Source of the DNA: a virus
IMG/VR virus record: IMGVR_UViG_3300030491_000004
Span: 2,786-66,785 of that record
DNA length: 64,000 bases
Reading direction: 5' to 3' (one strand)
Within the stretch, counting starts at the first letter, position 1; each line of letters opens with the position of its first letter. Below are positions 1 to 10,103 of this stretch, piece by piece. The translations under genes were made by a program, and so were the position numbers. A model generated the notes under the pieces. It was not told the DNA's origin. It was given only the letters and a program-made list of their open reading frames with translations, and searched no databases.

Positions 1-2
1 CA

Positions 3-1010
3 ATGACTAGCGTAGAGGATGGTCCATCTACGCCAGTGACTGGATACAGTATATTAAAGAAAGAAATAAATAAAGAAAAAATTAAATACAACGCTAGTTG
101 TATAATAAAGGGGGGTAAAACGATTGAAGAAGAAAAAAACGAAAACGTTCAGGATAACTCTAAAAATATTCTTTTAAATTCTTCAGAAAATTCTTTAGAG
201 AAAATCTTTAAAAATTCTTCAGAACAATCTTCAGAAAATTCTATACGAGATTTGGAACGTTCAAGAGCAGATCAAAAATATAATAAAGTTTCAGAAAAAG
301 AATTTGAAAATATTATGCTCTACCCAAAAGATCATGAAGAAGATTTTGAAATTCTAATCAGAGAGGTTTGGAATACTCTACAATCATCTCCAGAAGAAAC
401 AACAGGTATTACGGACCCGACTGAAATTTTAAAAGTGCTAGATGAAGATGAACTTCCAGTTAGTATTTTCTACGATACAATTCTTCAGCCGATCTATGAT
501 GATCTTATTCAAAGCGATAAGGAATTCAAGTTAACCCCAAAAGAAGCTTCTGATATATTCCAGTTCAAAATCAACATTGATCTTTCCGGCACAAAACTTT
601 TCAAACTAGATTCAAGAGAACTTAGGAATATTCAATCTCCAGTTACAGAAAAAATTTCTAAGCGTGAGGAGCATATGCTTAACAAGAGATATTTGGAAAT
701 CATTCAGGAGGTAGGAAACGGAGATGTTCAAAACTTAACGGACCTGGAGTATGCTTGCTTTTTACTTCTGAACAAATATCAGAACGGTGAAGTTGTTATG
801 AAATACTTGTACGATGATTTTATAGATTCTACAGTAACCGAGTCAAACGTTCCAGCAGATATTCTGAGATCATTGTTCGACTTCAAATGGATTAACAAAA
901 AAGTGTCGCTGTATTATCACAACATCTCAGCAAACAAAATTATGGAATGGAATGAAAATAATGACAAAGGGGAACATATCGTTCAGGAAAAATTTAAGGC
1001 AGAGAAATAA
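3..1010 (+). CDS. Hypothetical protein (may start before the window; low-complexity SENS linker)
   Basis: 335-aa ORF followed by a terminator-like hairpin. Confidence 0.7.
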   Translation: MTSVEDGPSTPVTGYSILKKEINKEKIKYNASCIIKGGKTIEEEKNENVQDNSKNILLNSSENSLEKIFKNSSEQSSENSIRDLERSRADQKYNKVSEKEFENIMLYPKDHEEDFEILIREVWNTLQSSPEETTGITDPTEILKVLDEDELPVSIFYDTILQPIYDDLIQSDKEFKLTPKEASDIFQFKINIDLSGTKLFKLDSRELRNIQSPVTEKISKREEHMLNKRYLEIIQEVGNGDVQNLTDLEYACFLLLNKYQNGEVVMKYLYDDFIDSTVTESNVPADILRSLFDFKWINKKVSLYYHNISANKIMEWNENNDKGEHIVQEKFKAEK

Positions 1011-1033
1011 TAACTACAAGAATCTTTCAGGAT

Positions 1034-1082
1034 AAGATTTGAAATGAATAGGATAACCTCCCAGACATTTCAAATCTTTTTC
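1034..1082 (+). terminator. Terminator-like hairpin
   Basis: AAGATTTGAAATG ... CATTTCAAATCTT inverted repeat plus T tract after the ORF 3..1010 stop. Confidence 0.6.
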
Positions 1083-2573
1083 GTTTTAGTACCAGTGCGA
1101 TTGTGGATATTATAACAGTATGCCGTAAATGGATCATATATCACTCAGGATTGCATTTTGGTATGTGTTTGGATTACTTATATGAATTAGGTACAAACGT
1201 TTAAAAAAAGTACCTTAGAATCGTTTTTACGATATTGGATTATTTCAGGGTACGATTCTAATGCTTCAAGAACAGATAAAAACACTTCTTCAGATACTTC
1301 AGGAGAACTTTATGCGATATTTTGGGAAACCTTCCAGTTGTATGAAACGATATTACAAAATTCCGGTATGTGGCAAAAATAGGTCTTGGAAAATTTGGGT
1401 CGGAAAAAATTTTGGAAATCGTTATATCAAAACTTCTAAAAACATACTTCAGAAATTTATATTGCTCATAATGCATCAGAATGCAAAGTTTTATGCTGGG
1501 TGATATAAGTGTTCAGGATAGTGGTGAAAGTTGATTGTAGTGCATCTATGAGGCTTATTCGGCACTTATTGGGCATAGTTATAATCACTGGGTGCAATGT
1601 GTGAATAGTTTGAAACGCTATGGGGGATACTCAGGAACGATCGGAGAATGGATGTCGACACTTTTGCATAAAAAATGTATGAACATATAATATAACTGGG
1701 AATCAGTAGTGTTAAAAACCGGACTTGGAAAACTGGGAATTTCTTGTGTATGGTCTTCGCGCCGAGTGCCACCCCCACCGCGCTTTTTTTAGAAAATTTT
1801 GACGCTAAAATATTGACTATCAGATAGTTAACTACATTCACTTTGTACAAAAGTGAAACTAATATTATAAAATTGCATCCATTACTTTAATTTTTAGGCA
1901 TTCGGATACTTTTTATCAGTACTATAAAATTTAAACCAATAACGTCAATATCCATTTTAACATTTTTTAACATTTAGAGTATGCCCGCAAGCCTTGTAAA
2001 CGGCTGTATTTATAGTATCTTTATTCATTTTATATTCATTCAGGCATCATACACAAAGTCCATTAGTAACTTTTGTATACTGTAACGCTGCTATCACATC
2101 ACAATAACACTACTCTTATCACATTGTACACACTATCTAAGCACATATCTAAGCACTATACATCATTGTACACATTCAACATACAGATCACTATATCATT
2201 TGCAACTTCACGCCTTAATACTCTTTCGACTCTTACACTATACTCACATCACATCACATCACTATACAGGTCACATCATTTACCCTTACTCTTTGATTCT
2301 TTATATTCGTACGTGCGTGCGTATATTATACCTGCACTGAATACTATTATCATAACTCTACTGCTATATCGGTGTTGACTAACTAGATACAGGACTTATA
2401 CTCAACCACTTATCTATATTTGACCTAATAATACTGTTAACAAGTACTAATATATTTCACATATAGTAACTTAAAATACATTTCATAAAGTATCATTACT
2501 CTAAATACACACTTATATAGCTAATAGACGTTAAATAACAGGACTAAAATATACACTCTATCAATATACAGCA

Positions 2574-2581
2574 TACATTTG
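2574..2581 (+). promoter_or_regulatory. Bacteroidota-type -7 promoter element (early promoter candidate)
   Basis: TACATTTG matches TAnnTTTG, upstream of the first + strand ORFs; -33 element weak. Confidence 0.45.
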
Positions 2582-2651
2582 TCATATCAATCGGGAACGA
2601 ATTGAGTATACGGTTGACGATTTAGAATACTAACATTTAAAATTATAGATT

Positions 2652-2717
2652 ATGAAGCTAATATGTGTACTAACAGCCGTATTGATTTTGGCTACAATTT
2701 ATATCTTAGCGTTATGA
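2652..2717 (+). CDS. Small hydrophobic peptide (21 aa)
   Basis: MKLICVLTAVLILATIYILAL with an A-rich leader; ATGA overlap with the next ORF. Confidence 0.4.
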   Translation: MKLICVLTAVLILATIYILAL

Positions 2718-2833
2718 TAGCACAAACTATTTTAGGCTGTAGCCTAGTCGCTTTCTTGATATTCGGACTTATTCATTTGTCTATGGTGATAGGCAAAAGA
2801 CTTACTAAAAAAGGTTTTCATTTGCTGAAATAA
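2714..2833 (+). CDS. Small membrane peptide (39 aa)
   Basis: One TM segment plus basic tail; translationally coupled to 2652..2717. Confidence 0.45.
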   Translation: MIAQTILGCSLVAFLIFGLIHLSMVIGKRLTKKGFHLLK

Positions 2834-2930
2834 CAGGCGGTCGCATCCGCCCCTTTTAAAACCGCCAACGAACGTTCTTAAGCACGTTGTGAAAAAGAGT
2901 TGAAAGTTGCATCAAGTGGATGCGTGAAAA

Positions 2931-2947
2931 GGTTCTTTGAAATATTG
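2931..2947 (+). promoter_or_regulatory. boxA-like antitermination motif
   Basis: GTTCTTTGAAATATTG resembles the rrn boxA form seen in Bacteroidota. Confidence 0.35.
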
Positions 2948-3080
2948 CTTTTTGACTGATACGTTTGTCGCTATGATGGTGGCACGCTGCAATAAGTTGA
3001 GCACACGCATAATCTAATTATGTAGTTTGACTTTCTGTTATGATAAGTATCTGATACGAATTGAGTAATCAGTCAAAAAG
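2948..3080 (+). ncRNA. Putative multibranch structured RNA
   Basis: Perfect 13-bp closing helix 2948-2960/3068-3080 enclosing several hairpins. Confidence 0.45.
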
Positions 3081-3228
3081 TATGCACCATGTAAAACCGC
3101 CCGCAACCATACAGGTTGCCGTACGTTGCAAGCCGTATTAAAGTGTTGAGCAAAAATTTAGAATAAACGGGGGTGTTGCATCACTCTTATAAAAACATAA
3201 CGGTTGCTTAAGGGCGACCAAACTGTAA

Positions 3229-3840
3229 ATGCAATTACAGTTGAAAGATAACATTATGATTAAAGTTAACACATTCAAAAATCAAAGCGTTTCTTCATTA
3301 GTATTTGACGCTAACAGTATTATTCTAGTAAAACAAACCGAACGCCCCTCAAATGATGGTGGGATTGACACAACTGTAAAAGTCCTTACAATAAACGGGC
3401 TGAAAGATACCAAAGAGGTTTCTCTTATCAAGTTGTTTCTTTTAGCTATCGTTTCAGAAAGTAAGGTAAGGGATGAAATTAACGGCGAATCTGATTTGAC
3501 AAACATCAAGCAAATCAGTTACATTAATACGTTCCTTACAAACAACTTTACAATTTTTAGAACAAACGGCGACGGTAAATTGAGCAAGGCGGTTGTAAGT
3601 GAACAACCTCTAAACAAAACCTGTTTAAAGTTGCGTGCAAAGTACGGACTTATGAAATGCGACCCTAACATGTTTAAAGATACTCTTTCAGCACATGCAA
3701 AAGTCTTTTTAGCACAGGCTAGATTTTTTACAACTATCAATGAAAAGTTGGACAAATATCTTAAGATTACTGAAGATATTGCCAAAGAAATTGTAGCCGC
3801 TCCAAAGTCTGAAAAGAAAGAAGACAAAAAGGCTGCTTAA
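3229..3840 (+). CDS. Hypothetical protein (likely start 3256)
   Basis: ORF track; first large gene of the + block. Confidence 0.75.
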   Translation: MQLQLKDNIMIKVNTFKNQSVSSLVFDANSIILVKQTERPSNDGGIDTTVKVLTINGLKDTKEVSLIKLFLLAIVSESKVRDEINGESDLTNIKQISYINTFLTNNFTIFRTNGDGKLSKAVVSEQPLNKTCLKLRAKYGLMKCDPNMFKDTLSAHAKVFLAQARFFTTINEKLDKYLKITEDIAKEIVAAPKSEKKEDKKAA

Positions 3841-3910
3841 GCCGAACACATAACCACCCTGTATGAATTTACTAGGCGGTTTGTGAGTACTGCAAAGGTT
3901 GTAATGATCT

Positions 3911-4426
3911 TTGCAGTATTTTTACACCCAAAATTTAATTGTTAAAATAATTAACAAAGTTATGAACAAACAAGAAATTCAAAGTGCTATCGAATGTGCT
4001 GCAATGCAACACGGTATCACTCTAACATTAGCACAGTACGAAAGTGTGCAAAGTGTGATTACGAAAGGTATAAATTTCTTTGTGATCATTCGCAAAAACA
4101 AATGGATGCGGGACTTCAAAGTTATCGTACCGAGTAAAGAAACTCAAAACATAGTCCGTTCACTGATAAAACGTGCCTGTAGAGTAGACTGTGTTCTTTC
4201 AGTGACTGCAAACGGTGTTTCGGCTATTACACCCACAGGCGCAAATAAGGCTTGTAATCGTTTTACGGTTACGACTGATACAAATGTATACGATAGATGC
4301 GAACGTGTTGAAAAACGCGTTAAAACAGCCTTTGACGAATGCCAAACAAAAGGTATTCGTAAACACTGTAAGACGTACGGTAATGAACGTGCGTTTTTAG
4401 CTGCAAAATCTATGAATGCTTTGTAG
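3911..4426 (+). CDS. Hypothetical protein (likely start 3962)
   Basis: ORF track, co-oriented block. Confidence 0.7.
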   Translation: MQYFYTQNLIVKIINKVMNKQEIQSAIECAAMQHGITLTLAQYESVQSVITKGINFFVIIRKNKWMRDFKVIVPSKETQNIVRSLIKRACRVDCVLSVTANGVSAITPTGANKACNRFTVTTDTNVYDRCERVEKRVKTAFDECQTKGIRKHCKTYGNERAFLAAKSMNAL

Positions 4427-4484
4427 TTAAAATATTTGAAAATATAGTCAATTTTGAGGGCTTTTTGTGCCCTTTTGGTAAGTC

Positions 4485-4736
4485 ATGTTTGTTGAAAGCG
4501 TGGCTTTTTTGAGTTTATTCCAAATCTGTAAAATTATGATAACAGGTGAAAAAGAATTTAGCGAAATTTTGAAAAACGCTATCACATTAGACGGGGAACG
4601 TGTGTTTGATTTATGGATGCAAGCTAAATGTGTCCATAATGAACGCGACAAAGAAATGATAAGTGAACTTGCAAAAGAAAATGGATATGTGGCTCACTTT
4701 AATTGTTTAGGGATGTTTTACTTTACATTACACTAA
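4485..4736 (+). CDS. Hypothetical protein
   Basis: ORF track, tight packing. Confidence 0.6.
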   Translation: MFVESVAFLSLFQICKIMITGEKEFSEILKNAITLDGERVFDLWMQAKCVHNERDKEMISELAKENGYVAHFNCLGMFYFTLH

Positions 4737-4740
4737 AATT

Positions 4741-5010
4741 ATGAAAAAATTGATATTTGTTTTGTTACTATTGCCGGCACTAATTGCCTGTAATCAGGAA
4801 GAAATATGCGAAAAGCATGAAGTTACGATAGAATTGTACGATTTGGTAACAGATCAAGTAACCGCGTACGATATGGAGCTGAATACTGAGGTGGTTATAG
4901 ACTACTCAAAAGATGTATTCAAAATGTCAAAGATGGACTTATATAGGGCGCAATATGCACACCCAGTTATGACTTTCTTATGGAGTAATGGTTCTTATTA
5001 TTCACTGTAA
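4741..5010 (+). CDS. Putative lipoprotein
   Basis: MKK + hydrophobic stretch + lipobox LIAC. Confidence 0.65.
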   Translation: MKKLIFVLLLLPALIACNQEEICEKHEVTIELYDLVTDQVTAYDMELNTEVVIDYSKDVFKMSKMDLYRAQYAHPVMTFLWSNGSYYSL

Positions 5011-5150
5011 ATCGAACAACGATATGAAAAAGCGTAGCTTTCTATTATTTCCACTAAAATTTGTGGGGGTGATTTTTTGGATTGCATTTGTACCCCGTGA
5101 AGAATGGAGCGAATGTATGCCTAATTGGGTTAAAAAATTCGTAGAAAAAA

Positions 5151-5246
5151 GGGCATAATTAGCTAAAAGCGTAGCTCTCTTTATAATCAGCGAAGACAAA
5201 GTTATACGAATAGCCGGAACATTCCAGTTCGACTCTGGAGTGCCCA
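5151..5246 (+). ncRNA. tRNA-like RNA with non-canonical central arms
   Basis: Acceptor GGGCAT/GTGCCC-A and T arm TCCAG-TTCGACT-CTGGA; no standard anticodon arm. Confidence 0.55.
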
Positions 5247-5569
5247 CTAACAATAAAATAAACAGTATTATGGAATTAGATATAAATAATTTTTGGAATG
5301 CGTCTGTAGGTACTTTTGTGGAAATAGACAAAGTACCAAATACATTCACTCAATTTGCAAAAAGCGGTTCTTCTACTTATTACAAAAATAGCAAAGAAGA
5401 TACTGTAGTACGAGTATCTGATCATTGGGGTAGTGGAATAAGGGAATGCAATTGGTATCTGAAAGGGTATGCAAGAAACAATTCTTTTTTATTCCCCAAA
5501 TGGAATATGGGCAAAATTTGTATTGGTATTATTAAAATAAAAAAATTAACTGATATTCAAAACAAATAA
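5240..5569 (+). CDS. Hypothetical protein (likely start 5270; RVSDHW motif)
   Basis: ORF track. Confidence 0.7.
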   Translation: MPTNNKINSIMELDINNFWNASVGTFVEIDKVPNTFTQFAKSGSSTYYKNSKEDTVVRVSDHWGSGIRECNWYLKGYARNNSFLFPKWNMGKICIGIIKIKKLTDIQNK

Positions 5570-5573
5570 AGGT

Positions 5574-5915
5574 ATGAAAAATAAAATAGAAATTTCCAGT
5601 GAAAATAAGTTGAATCAATACGATTTGGCTTGCGGATATGTGCAACTTACAATATATGAAAGCAACAAGAAGCGAGTATACTTGAAACTATACCAGGACG
5701 GATGCTATCATGTAGAAGTTTTTGTGTATGATATAGTGGAGCCGCATAAGGGGTGTCTGGGGATAGAAACAGTCGAAGAATTGGTAATTTGTCATAACTA
5801 TTTCTCTGGAAAAGATTGGAGATCAGATAGTTTAGTTAGTTGCCGTAAAAGGTATGCACGACTAAAAAGGGTTATAAAAAGGTATTTGGAATCAAGCGTC
5901 TTCAATAAGGCGTAG
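5574..5915 (+). CDS. Hypothetical protein
   Basis: ORF track, tight packing. Confidence 0.7.
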   Translation: MKNKIEISSENKLNQYDLACGYVQLTIYESNKKRVYLKLYQDGCYHVEVFVYDIVEPHKGCLGIETVEELVICHNYFSGKDWRSDSLVSCRKRYARLKRVIKRYLESSVFNKA

Positions 5916-5927
5916 TTTTTTTAAAAA

Positions 5928-6143
5928 TTGAACAAAATTATGGAAAAGTATTATGGAAATTTCAGCATAAATCATGGTTCAATATTTACATGTGTACCAT
6001 ATTTATTTACAAACAAAAGGGTTGCTAAAAAGGATATGAGAGAAATTGCATTAGGTTATGCAAGCCCAGGTGATACCGTACAGGTTGATATTGAAGATAA
6101 AAAGGGGGATTGCATCTATACGAAAACATATAACAAGAAATGA
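5928..6143 (+). CDS. Hypothetical protein
   Basis: ORF track. Confidence 0.6.
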   Translation: MNKIMEKYYGNFSINHGSIFTCVPYLFTNKRVAKKDMREIALGYASPGDTVQVDIEDKKGDCIYTKTYNKK

Positions 6144-6303
6144 TTATGGGAACATACGATATTTATTATTTTATGGATAATGTATATTATCTGCAAAAGG
6201 GATATTCATCTTTTAAGATGGCGAAAAAGATGTATGATGAAGATCTTAAGGGGTATATTAAATGTGGAGACAGGATATTGAAAAGATATAGGGGAAAATA
6301 ATC

Positions 6304-7227
6304 ATGACAAATAAAACATTAACAATAAACACAAACCTGTTTCCTATATTGGATCCGGGTTTGTATGAATCTTTAATAGGTCCAACTGAAATGGGCGAAA
6401 GATTTTGGGAACAATACGAAAGTTCTGATCCCAGATATGAAGACAATTCTTTTGTATATGAGGCTAATTTTGATTTTGACAAATACAAAGAGCTTGTTTT
6501 GGAAATTGCAAAAGAAATATTTGACGAAAATATGTTTGAAAAATACGGATTGAAACTTTCATTAGGCGAATATTATTCACCAAAAGAATACAACAATTCC
6601 ACTGATTCGATTGATATAATTGTTGAATTTGTAAATGAAAAGCTTTTTAGAAAATCTTTAAAAAACTTAATTGAAGATTTTGTGGAGATTCCTAAAATGT
6701 GGAAAAGTTGTGATGGATTTGATTCATTTATGCCTCAATCAAAGAAAGATGTAATCAATATCTGTAATTGTCCAGATTATGAAGACGCGCAAGATATGGG
6801 GGCAATGTTAACTCTTTTAGCAATAAAAGATGAGTTTCTTGTGATTGATTATTCAGAAGGAGAAATGTCTTCATTACAGGAAGAATTTCAAGAAAGAGTT
6901 TATGAAGACATGTTATGCGGTGGTTATGATGAGTGTATCACACTGGCAACAATGATCCCCAGAGATTTGGCTAATTTGTATAATAACGATATTGTACTAA
7001 ACGCTATATTCCACGGAATTGTTAAAGAAAAAGGAAGATTGTGGTCTGATACTGAAATGTTTTGGTTTTATAATAATTTGGGTGGTGACTCTTCTTTTAC
7101 GGATAAAGAAAATGATGCATGCCAAATGTTATACTGGGCATCACAAATGGGATATAACGTAGACGATTTGATGGAAATGTCTGGAGAGGGTGAATTTTTG
7201 AAAGGATTGTATTACTGTAAAATATAA
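6304..7227 (+). CDS. Acidic hypothetical protein (SPKEYN motif)
   Basis: 307-aa ORF. Confidence 0.75.
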   Translation: MTNKTLTINTNLFPILDPGLYESLIGPTEMGERFWEQYESSDPRYEDNSFVYEANFDFDKYKELVLEIAKEIFDENMFEKYGLKLSLGEYYSPKEYNNSTDSIDIIVEFVNEKLFRKSLKNLIEDFVEIPKMWKSCDGFDSFMPQSKKDVINICNCPDYEDAQDMGAMLTLLAIKDEFLVIDYSEGEMSSLQEEFQERVYEDMLCGGYDECITLATMIPRDLANLYNNDIVLNAIFHGIVKEKGRLWSDTEMFWFYNNLGGDSSFTDKENDACQMLYWASQMGYNVDDLMEMSGEGEFLKGLYYCKI

Positions 7228-7231
7228 TAAT

Positions 7232-7495
7232 ATGAGCGCAACAAATGAACAAATTGCCGACATGGTCTACAATATGCGTAGCCATTGTATGCAGCTTACA
7301 AATAGACATGATGAGGATGTTATTTTGTATGTAACTTATGATAAGGATACGAACGAATTCTATGCCGGCGATTGTACAAATTGTGGCGTAATGAAAGAAT
7401 ACTCAATACAATACGATCCAGATTTCACTTTAGATCAGAATCTGGAAGCGTTGGTAGAAGAAATTATGGAATCTGATAGATTTAATGAAGAATAA
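7232..7495 (+). CDS. Hypothetical protein
   Basis: ORF track. Confidence 0.7.
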   Translation: MSATNEQIADMVYNMRSHCMQLTNRHDEDVILYVTYDKDTNEFYAGDCTNCGVMKEYSIQYDPDFTLDQNLEALVEEIMESDRFNEE

Positions 7496-7497
7496 TT

Positions 7498-7719
7498 ATG
7501 GAAATAAAAATAATAAGTCCGGTAACTTCTGCCGAATATGAAAAAATAAAAATAGAAGATACAACATTGAACATAAATAATCACAATATTTATAATTTGG
7601 TTGAATCCGATGGTTGTCATGAATGTGATATATGTGATTTGTTTTCTGGGGACAGAATGGTAAATTGCATATATTGTGGTTTTTGTACCAGTGGAACTGT
7701 ATTTAAAAGACAAAAATAA
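7498..7719 (+). CDS. Small Cys-rich protein
   Basis: CxxCxxC...CxxC; resembles the N-termini of 22351/23265/24440. Confidence 0.6.
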   Translation: MEIKIISPVTSAEYEKIKIEDTTLNINNHNIYNLVESDGCHECDICDLFSGDRMVNCIYCGFCTSGTVFKRQK

Positions 7720-7721
7720 TC

Positions 7722-8048
7722 ATGGAAAAAAAGACAGCGATAAAGGCATTAAAAAACCATATCAAAAAAGATTATGATTTTTTGGAATTATGCAAAAACA
7801 AAAAAGCGTTTGAGTTAATTCTTGAAGACTTGATGTGGTATGTGGACGAAAGTTTTAGCGGATTTTTGTTAGATAAGGAATATCTTGATATTTCTTGGTT
7901 CCATATAGGAGGATATATATTTGATATGGATGAAATATATTCAGTATTTGCTAGTTATTTGGCTGAAAAAGTAGATGATGCAAAAGCTAAAGGCGTAACT
8001 TTTGAAAAGTATATTGACGATTTGTACGAAGGTAAAATAACAAAATAA
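7722..8048 (+). CDS. Hypothetical protein
   Basis: ORF track. Confidence 0.7.
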   Translation: MEKKTAIKALKNHIKKDYDFLELCKNKKAFELILEDLMWYVDESFSGFLLDKEYLDISWFHIGGYIFDMDEIYSVFASYLAEKVDDAKAKGVTFEKYIDDLYEGKITK

Positions 8049-8053
8049 AGACA

Positions 8054-8533
8054 ATGAAAAAATTATATATCGTATTGGCAATGATTTGTGCCGGCAATAT
8101 GAGTGTATTTGGACAACTGAAGCCAAAGATTGCAATATCTTATGAGTTGAGTCCATCATACGCTTTTGTTCAGTCTCAAACCATAACAACCTTTCCAATG
8201 CCCGGAGTAATTAATACAACTACTGGAGATGTGGTAATAAATTACAAGGAACCTCCTATTATGATTAAAAGTGGTCTGGAGTACCAATATAAGCGTGCTA
8301 GTATTTACTTTGATAATACGGTATATTGCAAAATGGCTGGTAATCCATTACCTGGTAACTTTTCTCCTCAACAGATAAGATTTGATGTTGGTCTAAAATA
8401 CCAAATAGCAAAACATATCCAGTTTACTTACGAGCACATGTGTACGCATTCGGTTTGTGTGCAATCTACTGAAATGCCTACTACTAGAATGAATGGTAGC
8501 TATGACAAGTTTTGTATTAGTTACGGTTATTAA
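8054..8533 (+). CDS. Putative small outer-membrane beta-barrel protein
   Basis: Signal peptide, amphipathic strands (GLEYQY, VGLKYQI), C-terminal ISYGY. Confidence 0.55.
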   Translation: MKKLYIVLAMICAGNMSVFGQLKPKIAISYELSPSYAFVQSQTITTFPMPGVINTTTGDVVINYKEPPIMIKSGLEYQYKRASIYFDNTVYCKMAGNPLPGNFSPQQIRFDVGLKYQIAKHIQFTYEHMCTHSVCVQSTEMPTTRMNGSYDKFCISYGY

Positions 8534-8544
8534 AAAATAGTATC

Positions 8545-8802
8545 ATGAATGATCTTGAAAAAGTAGAAGAGATTCTTACAGATGTGAACAGAATATCTGC
8601 AAAGATTAATGATCAGATTTTCTTGCATAAGGAAGCTAATTATGAAAGAAAAACCTTAGTATGTTTGTATGAAGCAATACAAAATTTAAAATTTGATGTA
8701 TTGACTGCTGAGAATAGACTTAAAAATTTGTATTCTCGAAGAGCACAAGAAGGATCTTCGGTGGAGAAAGAAAAAGTTGTAAAAATAATTAAAAAATTTT
8801 GA
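8545..8802 (+). CDS. Hypothetical protein
   Basis: ORF track. Confidence 0.65.
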   Translation: MNDLEKVEEILTDVNRISAKINDQIFLHKEANYERKTLVCLYEAIQNLKFDVLTAENRLKNLYSRRAQEGSSVEKEKVVKIIKKF

Positions 8803-9284
8803 TGATGCATAACTTACAATTTTTAAGTGAAATTGAGTCCGATATGGATTCGTTGGTTGTGAAGTTAAATGAAAGAATAAAATACCTTAAGAGTATTGGG
8901 AAGGAATATATATTTTTACTTGTTATTTGTAGTAATATAGAAAATACTAGAAATATTACATCTATTACTGAAGATAATTTGGTTGCGTCCGCAAGACAGG
9001 GTTTTTTAATAGAACAGGAAAAAGTATTGAGGTTGTATCGTTCGGACTTGAATGAATATTATTCAAAAGATTCAAGTGTTTTATTGATCAATATTAATTC
9101 TTTTAATCGTGAAGCTATGGTTGCTATAAGAAAATCAAAGACGGCTATTTTTATTGATGGAATTTCCGCTGATGATCAAAAAGTAATAAAAAATATAAGA
9201 AGAAGATCAAAAGACGATATTATTAGAATATCAATGACTAATTTTTATAATGTAAAAGATGAAAAAGATAACAAAAACATTTGA
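8799..9284 (+). CDS. Hypothetical protein
   Basis: ORF track, overlapping stop/start. Confidence 0.65.
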   Translation: MMMHNLQFLSEIESDMDSLVVKLNERIKYLKSIGKEYIFLLVICSNIENTRNITSITEDNLVASARQGFLIEQEKVLRLYRSDLNEYYSKDSSVLLININSFNREAMVAIRKSKTAIFIDGISADDQKVIKNIRRRSKDDIIRISMTNFYNVKDEKDNKNI

Positions 9285-9879
9285 AGTCTTCGATATATCG
9301 GAGCTTTCAGAAGAAGCTTTAACAAAAGCTTATAATAATTGGCTTAAAGATTTGGATTATCGTGGAGAAGACCCGGAGAACACTTTGCAAGAATTTTCTA
9401 AGAGATTTGGAATTAGATGCCGTTATAATTATGACTCGTGTAGTCATGATTTTTCTTTTGATATAAAATTGCCATTTGAAACTGGTTATCAGAATGAAGA
9501 TTTAGAGGGTGTTACAGGTGTTCGTCTTGCTACATATATTATTAATCATAATTGGAATGATTTATATGTTCCTAGAACAATTTTCCATACTTGTAAGGAT
9601 GGGAAAAGAAGAAAAAGGATTAGTAAAATATTTGTAGTGCCCGACTGTCCATTGACTGGAATTACTTTTGATATGGATATACTACATTGTATATACAAAT
9701 TCATAAAACATCCAATAGAAGGCGTTTCTTACAGGTCACTAATAAATGATTGTTTAGAAATGTTCTTTGAACAATGCGAAGCGGATTGCGAACAGGCTGA
9801 AAGTATGGAAGCATTCAAAGATCAATCTAACGATATGGAATGGGAATATTTGGAAGACGGAACATTATTTGAAGAATAG
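9259..9879 (+). CDS. Hypothetical protein (ELSEEA...CPLTG...EYLEDG pattern)
   Basis: ORF track. Confidence 0.75.
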   Translation: MKKITKTFEVFDISELSEEALTKAYNNWLKDLDYRGEDPENTLQEFSKRFGIRCRYNYDSCSHDFSFDIKLPFETGYQNEDLEGVTGVRLATYIINHNWNDLYVPRTIFHTCKDGKRRKRISKIFVVPDCPLTGITFDMDILHCIYKFIKHPIEGVSYRSLINDCLEMFFEQCEADCEQAESMEAFKDQSNDMEWEYLEDGTLFEE

Positions 9880-9890
9880 GAGGATTAATT

Positions 9891-10103
9891 ATGGAATCAG
9901 AAGAAGAAAAGCAACAAGAAGCAAATAGGTGGAAATTTCAGACTAAATTTGATAGTTATGTTTTTACATTCATTGGTGGAATGTTTGTTGTTAGACTTGA
10001 TGAAGAAGAAGTGCTATACATCGCTGAAAAACACAATATTGATGATTTGATAGAAGAAACTCTTCAAATTACTGAAAACTGCACATTAGTAAAAATTTAT
10101 TAA
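9891..10103 (+). CDS. Hypothetical protein
   Basis: ORF track. Confidence 0.6.
   Translation: MESEEEKQQEANRWKFQTKFDSYVFTFIGGMFVVRLDEEEVLYIAEKHNIDDLIEETLQITENCTLVKIY

Noticed and set aside
170-245. AATTCTTCAGAA repeats as replication iterons
   Set aside because: They encode a low-complexity SENS linker, and the protein cannot be identified as an initiator from the visible part.
2073-2378. ORF 2073..2378 (also 1258..1476, 1261..1503, 1566..1850)
   Set aside because: These have low-complexity or atypical composition with poor starts in a non-coding skewed region, so they are probably spurious.
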